Shown here: one piece after another, positions 1 through 9,547 of the stretch
Position numbering within the stretch: position 1 is the first letter of the stretch
How the letters are laid out: every line of letters starts with the position of its first letter
Origin: an uncultured Clostridia bacterium
GTDB taxonomy: Bacteria; Bacillota; Clostridia; Christensenellales; Borkfalkiaceae
Assembly (NCBI GenBank): GCA_944341655.1
Contig: CALVMA010000073.1
Coordinates: 1 to 36,904, forward strand
DNA: 36,904 nucleotides
Direction of reading: 5' to 3'
Program-made: the position numbers and the translations under genes
Notes under the pieces: model-generated
The model's database searches: none
Told to the model about the DNA's origin: nothing
The model's input: the letters and a program-made list of their open reading frames with translations, nothing else

Positions 1-13
1 CGCCGAAAATTTT

Positions 14-1060
14 TCAGTCCTTTTTTTCTTCGAGATACCCCGCGCGCAGCTGCCCGCACGCGCCGCCGATGTCCGCACCGATCTGCCGCCGAAGCGTCGC
101 GGAAAGCCCGCCCTTTTCCAAAAGCCCCAAAAAGCGGTACGCTTCCTTTTCCGAGATCCCCGAAAGATTTTTTTCCTTTACCTCGTTTAACCGTATCAGA
201 TTGACGTGGCAGGGCTTTCCGCGCAAAAGCCCGACGAGCATCTGCGCGTGTTTCGCGTCCGAATTTTCGCCCGCGATCAGCGAGTATTCAAAGATGTAAC
301 GCCTGCCCGTCTTGTCGAAATAATTCTCGCACGCTTTCAGGATCTCGGCGATCGTATATGCCTTGGCAACGGGCATGATCCTTTGCCGCTCCTCGTCCGA
401 CGGCGAATGCAAAGACACCGTCAGATTGACGGGGATACCCTCCTGCGCCAGCTCGTACATCTTCGGCACCAGCCCGCACGTGGAGAGAGAAATATTCCGC
501 GCGCTGATGCAGATGCCCCCTTCCGCCGTCACGTTTTTCAAAAACCTTACCGTGTTTTCGTAATTGTCGAGCGGCTCGCCGCTGCCCATCAGCACCACGT
601 TGGTCACCGCCCTCTTTTCGGGCGTTCCGCCGAATTTCGCGTTCACCGTCAAAATCTGCGAAAGGATCTCCCCCGCCGTCAGGTTGCGTATCAGCCCGTT
701 CAAACCCGAAGCGCAGAACGCGCAATTCATGCGGCACCCTACCTGCGTGGATACGCACTGCGTCCTGCCGTATTTATAGGACATGAGCACGCCCTCGATT
801 ATGTTCCCGTCCGCAAGCTCGAAAAGGTATTTCTCCGTCCCGTCCGAGGAGGCAAACACCTCGCGGATGCGCACGGGTTCGTCCTCGAACCGCGCCAGAA
901 GTTTTTCCTTGAACGCTTTGGAAATTTCCGTGATGTCCGATATGCGCTTGCCGCGCATGAGACCGCGGTATAATTGCCCCGCACGGTATTTCTGCTCCCC
1001 CAGTTCCCCGACGAGAGCCTGCAATTCCGTAAAGGAGTAATCCTGTAAAATCTCTTTCAT
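14..1060 (-). CDS. rlmN: 23S rRNA m2A2503/tRNA radical SAM methyltransferase RlmN
   Basis: CRMNCAFC radical SAM motif, MGSGEP, SLH and C-terminal ACGQL. An alternative GTG start lies at 1081. Confidence 0.95.
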   Translation of the reverse strand: MKEILQDYSFTELQALVGELGEQKYRAGQLYRGLMRGKRISDITEISKAFKEKLLARFEDEPVRIREVFASSDGTEKYLFELADGNIIEGVLMSYKYGRTQCVSTQVGCRMNCAFCASGLNGLIRNLTAGEILSQILTVNAKFGGTPEKRAVTNVVLMGSGEPLDNYENTVRFLKNVTAEGGICISARNISLSTCGLVPKMYELAQEGIPVNLTVSLHSPSDEERQRIMPVAKAYTIAEILKACENYFDKTGRRYIFEYSLIAGENSDAKHAQMLVGLLRGKPCHVNLIRLNEVKEKNLSGISEKEAYRFLGLLEKGGLSATLRRQIGADIGGACGQLRAGYLEEKKD

Positions 1061-1118
1061 GGTTTTATCCTTGCACTGCACCGCTCCTTCCTTAAACGCA
1101 AAAGGTGCCTCCTTTTGC

Positions 1119-2441
1119 TCACCGAGCGGCAGAATTTTCTGCTTTTCTGACCAGCTTGCTCACGTAAAAGCCCGCTCCCATCGAAAGATGCGGCAAAAAC
1201 TGCAAACCGTACTCTTTTTGCATATGTCCGAGCGCGCATCCGATCTTTTCGGCGCAGAATTCGGGGTGCGCTTTCAAAAATTCCCCGACCGTGCCGTCGT
1301 TTTCTTCCCGAAACACAGAACAGGTGGAATAATACAAATGCCCGCCCTCCCGCACATATTCCGCACAGGCATTGAGTATGGAAAGCTGGATCTTGTGCAG
1401 TTCGCGCAGGCTCTCCTCCTTGCGGAAAAAACGGATATCGGGATTTTCGTTCGTCACGCCGTACCCCGAACAGGGCGCGTCGACGAGCACCCCGTCGAAC
1501 GCGCGGCGATACTTTTCTTCATATACGGAGGAATCGCGGCAGACCACCTCGATGTTCTCCGCGCCCATGCGCGCCGCATAGCTTTCGATCAGCTCCGCGC
1601 GGTGCGCGTGCAGTTCAAACGCCGTCACGTGCGCGCATTTCTGCGACAAGAGCACGCTCTTCCCGCCCGGCGCGGCACAGGCGTCCAAAAGGTTTTCGCA
1701 GGGCTCCACGACCGAACAGATCGCCGCCGAACCCACCGACTGAAAGGTGTATTCGCCCGCGTCGTACCCCGTATCGCGGCGGAAATGCGAAAACGCATAC
1801 ACATTCGCAAACGGGGTTTTTTCCGCGCCGCCTCTCATTGCCGCGCCCTCTTTCCCGCTTTCGGGCGACGTCTGCCCGTTTCGGCATATGCGCGGCGGCG
1901 CATGCAAATACTTTTCCGCCGTCTGCGCGTCCCTGAAACGGACAAATGTGCGCGCAGGCATATGTTCCATGACGGAAAGGGCGTCTTCGCCGTACTCCGA
2001 CAAAAGCCGCTTTACCGCAAAGACGGGATAGGAATACCGTACGGACAGCTCCTCCGCTTTTTCCTGCGGAAATTTAAGTTTTGACGCGTCGAACGCGCGC
2101 AAAAACGCGTTGATAAATCCCGATGCGCCGCCCTTGCCCAGTTTTTTCGCCAAAGACACCGCGTTGTCCGTGACCATGTAGCGCGGCTTTTCCAAAAAAA
2201 GCAACGCATAGAGCGCGATCTTCAAAATGATCCGCACGGGAAGTTTGGGATTTTTCGGCGCAAACGAGCGGATACAAAAATCCATGTACAGATCGTTTTC
2301 CAGCACGCCGTAACAAATTTTTACCGTGCGCGCGCGGTTGAGCTCCTCGATCGGCGTGTCCGAAAGAGCCTGCTTCAAAAACGCGCCGCCGCCGTACACC
2401 TTTTGCAGAATGAAATAGGGATCGCAAAACGGATTGGTCAT
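1119..2441 (-). CDS. rsmB: 16S rRNA m5C967 methyltransferase RsmB/Sun
   Basis: NusB-like N-terminus, DACAAPGGKS, DAPCSG and YSTCS motifs. The ATG overlaps the fmt stop (ATGA). Confidence 0.92.
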   Translation of the reverse strand: MTNPFCDPYFILQKVYGGGAFLKQALSDTPIEELNRARTVKICYGVLENDLYMDFCIRSFAPKNPKLPVRIILKIALYALLFLEKPRYMVTDNAVSLAKKLGKGGASGFINAFLRAFDASKLKFPQEKAEELSVRYSYPVFAVKRLLSEYGEDALSVMEHMPARTFVRFRDAQTAEKYLHAPPRICRNGQTSPESGKEGAAMRGGAEKTPFANVYAFSHFRRDTGYDAGEYTFQSVGSAAICSVVEPCENLLDACAAPGGKSVLLSQKCAHVTAFELHAHRAELIESYAARMGAENIEVVCRDSSVYEEKYRRAFDGVLVDAPCSGYGVTNENPDIRFFRKEESLRELHKIQLSILNACAEYVREGGHLYYSTCSVFREENDGTVGEFLKAHPEFCAEKIGCALGHMQKEYGLQFLPHLSMGAGFYVSKLVRKAENSAAR

Positions 2442-3370
2442 CTCTTTGCTCCGAACACATCGCCCGCCGCGACTTTCCTGCCGTTCACAAGATCCGCCGC
2501 TTTCAGCTTTTTGCCGCCCTCCAGCTGCATTTCCGTGATCTTCAGACACCCCTCGCCCGTCGCGACGTAAATGCCCGTCTTATCCGCGCGCACGATCTGC
2601 CCGGGCACTCCCTCCGCCGCCCCTTCGCAGGGCTGCGCGAAACAGATGTTGGCAAGTTTGCCGTTCAGATACGCAAAAGCGAGCGGCTCGGGATTCATGG
2701 CGCGGACAAGGCAACTCAATTCGGCCGCCCCCGACGAAAAATCGACGAAACAATCCTCCTTGCGTATCTTTTTGCAGACGGTCACTCCCTCCTGCGGCTG
2801 CTTTTCAAAAACCGCCCTGCCTTCTTCCACGGCGCGCACGGCCTCGACGATCAGCTTTGCACCCATTTGCGAAAGCCTTTCCGACAGCGTCGCCGACGTG
2901 TCCGAAAGAGAGATCTCCGTCTTTTCCCGCAACAGAATGTCCCCCGTATCCAGCCCGACGTCCGTGCGCATCACCGTCACGCCCGTTTCTTTATCCCCCG
3001 CCCGAACCGCATGCTGCACGGGCGACGCGCCCCGCCAGCGCGGAAGCAGCGAGGTGTGAATGTTGTAGACGCCCTTCGCAAAACGATCCAGCACTTCCTG
3101 CGTCAGGATCTGCCCGTACGCACAGGTGATCATGCAATCGGCGCCCGTCTTGGAAAGTTCGTCCGCATGATCGCGGATCTTTGCAAAATCCAAAACGGGA
3201 ATGCCTTGCGAAAGAGCAAACGATTTGAGCGGCGTGGGCGTCAACACCGCCTTCCTGCCCGCCGGCTTGTCCGGCTGCGTGACGACCGCCGCAACGCAAA
3301 AGCCCGCATCCAACAGCGCCGCCAGCGGCGCCACCGAAAAAGCGGGAGCGCCCGCATAGATGATCTTCAT
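2438..3370 (-). CDS. fmt: Methionyl-tRNA formyltransferase
   Basis: TQPDKP, AYGQIL, HxSLLPRWRGASP and LDTGD motifs; adjacent to def. Confidence 0.96.
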   Translation of the reverse strand: MKIIYAGAPAFSVAPLAALLDAGFCVAAVVTQPDKPAGRKAVLTPTPLKSFALSQGIPVLDFAKIRDHADELSKTGADCMITCAYGQILTQEVLDRFAKGVYNIHTSLLPRWRGASPVQHAVRAGDKETGVTVMRTDVGLDTGDILLREKTEISLSDTSATLSERLSQMGAKLIVEAVRAVEEGRAVFEKQPQEGVTVCKKIRKEDCFVDFSSGAAELSCLVRAMNPEPLAFAYLNGKLANICFAQPCEGAAEGVPGQIVRADKTGIYVATGEGCLKITEMQLEGGKKLKAADLVNGRKVAAGDVFGAKR

Positions 3371-3388
3371 AGCGTTCTCCCCCGTCTT

Positions 3389-3847
3389 TCAATCGTCCGA
3401 ACGTTCCACCGATTCGGCCCTGTCCGTATATAAAATGCCGTCCAGATGATCCAGCTCATGGCACACGGCGCGCGCGAAAAAGCCGCGCGCCGTCAGTTTT
3501 TTGCGCTTTCCCTTGCGGTCGGAATATTCCACCTTTACCACGAGCGGACGCTTCACGATGCCGCGCTTCCCGCGCACCGAAAGGCACCCCTCGTAGCCCG
3601 TCTGTTCGCCCTTGCTCTCCACGATCACGGGGTTGACAAACTCGTAAAACCCCTCTTTCACGTCCACGACCACCACGCGCCGCAAGATCCCGACCTGCGG
3701 CGCCGCTAGCCCCGCACCGTCCTCTTTGCGCACCGTGTCGCGCAGATCGTCCAGAAGCTGGGCAAGTTTTTCGTCAAACGCCGTCACTTCAAAACATTTT
3801 TTCCTTAAAACTTCATCGCCCACCTGAACGACGTTCCGTATCGCCAT
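3389..3847 (-). CDS. def: Peptide deformylase
   Basis: GAGLAAPQ, EGCLS and HELDH motifs; AGGAGG RBS before the ATG at 3847. Confidence 0.96.
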   Translation of the reverse strand: MAIRNVVQVGDEVLRKKCFEVTAFDEKLAQLLDDLRDTVRKEDGAGLAAPQVGILRRVVVVDVKEGFYEFVNPVIVESKGEQTGYEGCLSVRGKRGIVKRPLVVKVEYSDRKGKRKKLTARGFFARAVCHELDHLDGILYTDRAESVERSDD

Positions 3848-3885
3848 TTTATCTCCTCCTGCGCCCGTTCGGGCCCTCTTTGATC

Positions 3886-6051
3886 TCAACTCAGATTCGC
3901 GGGGTTTTCTTCCACATACACGAGCACGTCCCGCGTCTTTTCGCGCAGCGCACGCTCGTAGATCTCGGGCAAAAGCCGCTCGTTGCGAATGCGCATCAGC
4001 ACCTGATAGCGAAATTTATCCTGGATCTTCTTCACGGGCGATTTCATCTTGTTGAAAAACAGAAAATCCTGCGGATGCGCGTCGTACACTTCTTTGAGCG
4101 AAAAATACACCGGTTTCAACACTTCCAACGCCTTGCTTTCCTCTTCGCCCGTCACCATGACGCGCACGATCTTCGCAAACGGCGGAAACGCCGTCGCTTT
4201 GCGCAGGGAAACTTCATGCTTGAAAAACGCCGCATAATCGTAGTGCATCGCAAAGCGCAAAATGTAATTTTCGGGATCGTACGTCTGCAAGACCACCTTC
4301 CCCTTTTCCTTCGCCCTGCCGCTCCTGCCCGAAACCGGCGTCACGAGCTGGAAAGTCCGCTCGCCGCTCCGATAATCGGAAAAATGCAGGCTCATGTCCG
4401 CATCCAAAATCCCCACCAGCGTCACCGAAGGAAAATCATGCCCCTTGGCGATCATCTGCGTCCCCACCAGTATGTCCGCTTCGTGATCGGCAAATTTCTT
4501 TAAAATTTTGTAGTGCCCTTCCTTGCCGCTCGTCGTGTCCACGTCCATGCGCAGTATGCGCGCGGACGGCAAAAGCTTTTTTAACTCGCCCACCACCTTC
4601 TGCGTGCCCGTGCCCGTGTAACTCAGATGCACGCCGCCGCATTCGGGACAGGCGGACAGCATTTTATATGTCGCGCCGCACATATGGCATTTGAGACAGT
4701 TCTCTTCGCTGTGATAGGTCAGCGAAACGTCGCACCGCTCGCACTTGATCACTTTGCCGCACTCGCGGCACACGACGCTCTGCGCAAAGCCGCGGCGGTT
4801 CAAAAACAAGATCGCCTGGTTGCCCGATTCCAGACAGTTCTCCAGTTCCTCGCGCAGCGCCGCCGAAAAAGGCGAATTGTTGCCCCGCCGTACCTCGCGG
4901 CGCATGTCCGCCACGATCATCTCGGGAAGAGGGTTCTTGTTGATGCGCTCGGGAAGTTCGATCAGCCCGTATTCCCCTTCCGTCGCTTTCAGATACGTTT
5001 CGACGGAGGGCGTCGCGCTCCCCAAAATAAGTTTGCAGCCGTTGTATTCCGCGCGCATCTTCGCGATCTCGCGCGTGTCGTAGCGGGGATTGGTTTCGCT
5101 CGCATAACTCCCGTCGTGCTCCTCGTCGATCACGATCACGCCCACATTCTCCACGGGCGCAAACACCGCGCTGCGCGCCCCGATCGCGATCCGCGCCTCG
5201 CCCGTGCGCAGGCGGTGCCATTCGTCGAATTTTTCTCCCGCCGAAAGCCCGCTGTGCATGATCGCCGCCGCGCTCCCGAACCGCGCGCGCAGCTGCGAAA
5301 ACATCTGCGGCGTCAGGGAGATCTCGGGCACGAGAAATACGGCCGTCTTTCCCTCTTTGAGCGCCTCGGCGATCAGCGTCAGATAAATTTCCGTCTTGCC
5401 GCTGCCCGTAACGCCGTGAATGAGCTGCACCGTCTTTGCGGAACTTTTGATCCGCTCTACCGCGCCGCGCTGCGCCTGCGTCAGCGTGCGCGCCGCCGCC
5501 TCGCCCCCCGCGTCCCGCATGGGCGTGCGGCTCACCCGCTCCTTTTCCACCGTGAAAGCGCCCTTTTCCGCCAGTGCACGCACCGCCGCCGCCCCGAATT
5601 TTTCGCAAAGCTCCGTGTACCCGCACCGCTTTTGCTCCCGCAAAAATTCCAGCGCCGCCGCCTGCGCTTTCGCGTTTGCGCGCACCGCCACGGGCGCGCC
5701 GCTGTAAACGGCTACGTTCTTAAACAGTTCGCGCACCGCCCCGCGCCGCATTTCCGCAGGCAAAAACAGCCGCAGCGTCAGCGCCATCGGACAATGGTAC
5801 CGCGCGGCGATCTTTTTCGCCAGTTCCAGACACTCGCGCGTCAGGGCACGGTCGATCACCGACGTGACGCTCTTTAAACGCCCGTCCCCGAAATCGCTCT
5901 TCTCTTTCAGGCGCATGACATACCCGTCCACCGTCATTTTCCCGAACGGAACGCGGACACGGCTGCCCTCTTCCACCCCTTCGATGGCGCGGTATTCAAA
6001 TATTTTATCCACTTCGCTGTGCGCGATATCGACAATCACTTCCGCCGTCAT
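3886..6051 (-). CDS. priA: Primosomal protein N' (replication restart helicase)
   Basis: GVTGSGKT, DEEH, SATP, four CxxC pairs and GTQMIAKGHDF. The motif VI Gln appears as Pro. Confidence 0.96.
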   Translation of the reverse strand: MTAEVIVDIAHSEVDKIFEYRAIEGVEEGSRVRVPFGKMTVDGYVMRLKEKSDFGDGRLKSVTSVIDRALTRECLELAKKIAARYHCPMALTLRLFLPAEMRRGAVRELFKNVAVYSGAPVAVRANAKAQAAALEFLREQKRCGYTELCEKFGAAAVRALAEKGAFTVEKERVSRTPMRDAGGEAAARTLTQAQRGAVERIKSSAKTVQLIHGVTGSGKTEIYLTLIAEALKEGKTAVFLVPEISLTPQMFSQLRARFGSAAAIMHSGLSAGEKFDEWHRLRTGEARIAIGARSAVFAPVENVGVIVIDEEHDGSYASETNPRYDTREIAKMRAEYNGCKLILGSATPSVETYLKATEGEYGLIELPERINKNPLPEMIVADMRREVRRGNNSPFSAALREELENCLESGNQAILFLNRRGFAQSVVCRECGKVIKCERCDVSLTYHSEENCLKCHMCGATYKMLSACPECGGVHLSYTGTGTQKVVGELKKLLPSARILRMDVDTTSGKEGHYKILKKFADHEADILVGTQMIAKGHDFPSVTLVGILDADMSLHFSDYRSGERTFQLVTPVSGRSGRAKEKGKVVLQTYDPENYILRFAMHYDYAAFFKHEVSLRKATAFPPFAKIVRVMVTGEEESKALEVLKPVYFSLKEVYDAHPQDFLFFNKMKSPVKKIQDKFRYQVLMRIRNERLLPEIYERALREKTRDVLVYVEENPANLS

Positions 6052-6121
6052 CTTACGATCTTTTGCCTCTCTCCCCGCGCGCCTTCCCGCTCATACGGCG
6101 CCCGAACGGTTTTTTCTTTCC

Positions 6122-6157
6122 AAAAAAAACAGAATGCCCCGAATCATCGGAGCAATT
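6122..6157 (-). terminator. Possible intrinsic terminator after rpoZ
   Basis: Imperfect stem TGCTCCGA-tgat-TCGGGGCA followed on the minus strand by a T8 run. Confidence 0.45.
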
Positions 6158-6181
6158 ATCTGTATCCTCGTCCCGCAGGAC

Positions 6182-6403
6182 TCAGTCTTTGACCATCGTC
6201 ATCTTGCCCGATACGATCTCCTGGCAGGCAAGCGCGATCTCTTTGATGCCGCCGGGCAGTTCGTGCATTCCCTGGCTCTGCTCCTGATCGATGATCTGCC
6301 GCGCACGCTTCGCCACGACCACGCACAGCGCATACCGCGACGCGGGATGCTCGGGCGTGCCCAATTTCTCCACCAATCTGTCCACTACCGGTTCGTTGAT
6401 CAT
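6182..6403 (-). CDS. rpoZ: RNA polymerase omega subunit
   Basis: SRYALCVVVAKRARQI motif; GAGGTG RBS; lies upstream of priA. Confidence 0.93.
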   Translation of the reverse strand: MINEPVVDRLVEKLGTPEHPASRYALCVVVAKRARQIIDQEQSQGMHELPGGIKEIALACQEIVSGKMTMVKD

Positions 6404-6457
6404 TTCTATCACCTCTGTTTGGTAAGTTTTTACGTTTTTTATCTCTTTATCCGCGCA

Positions 6458-7333
6458 TCATTCGATGTTCTGCACCTGCTCACGGACCTTTTCGATCTCG
6501 TTTTTCAGCGCCAGCCCCGCATTCGTCACCGCAAGGTCGTTGCTCTTGGAACAAATCGTATTCGATTCGCGGTTAAATTCCTGCACCAGAAAATCCAGCT
6601 TCCTGCCCACGCGGTCTTCCCCGCAAATGGAACGGAACTGCGATATATGCGAAGCAAGCCGCGTCAGCTCTTCGTCGATGTTTGCCCTGTCGACAAAGAC
6701 GGCTACCTCCGTCAAAAGCCTCGTCTCGTCGTAACCTACGCCCGACAAAGCCTCTTTCATGCGCTCGGCAAGTTTCACGCGGTAATTTTCCGCCACCTGC
6801 GGCGCCCGCTCTTTTATCACGCCCACAAGCCGCTCGATCTCGTTCATGCGCGACAGCATATCCGCCGCAAGCTTTTCGCCCTCTTTTTCGCGCATCGCGT
6901 TCAGATTCTGCAACGCCGCCCCCAACGCGCTCCGCAACGCCGAAACCAGCTCTTCGTCTGCGCCTGCCGCGTCTTCCTGCCGCACCACGTCCGGACTTTT
7001 CAGAAGCGCCGTCACCGTAAAATCGTCCGCAAGCGCGGGGAACATCCCCTTGATGCGCATCGCCGCATCGTAATAGCTCTTCGCCGCCGACGCATCCACG
7101 TACAGCTCCTTCGCCCTGTCGCGCTTGTCGACATAGTTGATAAATATATCCGCATGCCCGCGCGTGAGCTTCTCCCGCACGGTCGAACGCACCGCTTCTT
7201 CGTAAGCGTTGAAAATTTTCGGGCACTTCACGGATACGTCCAGATAACGGTTGTTCACCGTCTTGATCTCCACGGTCAGCTCGATGCCGCCCTGCTTGTA
7301 TTCCCCTTTGCCGTATCCGGTCATGCTGAACAT
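6458..7333 (-). CDS. yloC: YicC/YloC family endoribonuclease
   Basis: SMTGYG, VNNRYLD, EELTRL, GRKLDFLVQEFNRE-NTI-SK and C-terminal REQVQNIE. Confidence 0.95.
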   Translation of the reverse strand: MFSMTGYGKGEYKQGGIELTVEIKTVNNRYLDVSVKCPKIFNAYEEAVRSTVREKLTRGHADIFINYVDKRDRAKELYVDASAAKSYYDAAMRIKGMFPALADDFTVTALLKSPDVVRQEDAAGADEELVSALRSALGAALQNLNAMREKEGEKLAADMLSRMNEIERLVGVIKERAPQVAENYRVKLAERMKEALSGVGYDETRLLTEVAVFVDRANIDEELTRLASHISQFRSICGEDRVGRKLDFLVQEFNRESNTICSKSNDLAVTNAGLALKNEIEKVREQVQNIE

Positions 7334-7421
7334 AAATTTTCCCTCGTCCGCGAAACACCTGCCGCACCTTGCGGCGCCCGCCGCCGCAAAACTGCGCATT
7401 GCCCCGATTTTTATCTCCCCT

Positions 7422-7450
7422 ATTATAACAGAAACGCAAAGAAATTTCAA
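7422..7450 (-). promoter_or_regulatory. Sigma-A promoter for the yloC-rpoZ-priA unit
   Basis: TTGAAA-17 nt-TATAAT with a TGn extended -10. Confidence 0.8.
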
Positions 7451-7489
7451 GCGCTTTTTCCCTTTTCCGCCGCCCTTTGCGCCCTCTTT

Positions 7490-9509
<2,020 letters not shown>

Positions 9510-9547
9510 ACAAACGCGGCCGCGCCGCGGTTCGATGCCCCCGAACT

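Noticed and set aside
7334-7421. Riboswitch in the approximately 80-nt yloC leader
   Set aside because: It is GC-rich with only a short stem; I recognise no aptamer consensus or terminator.
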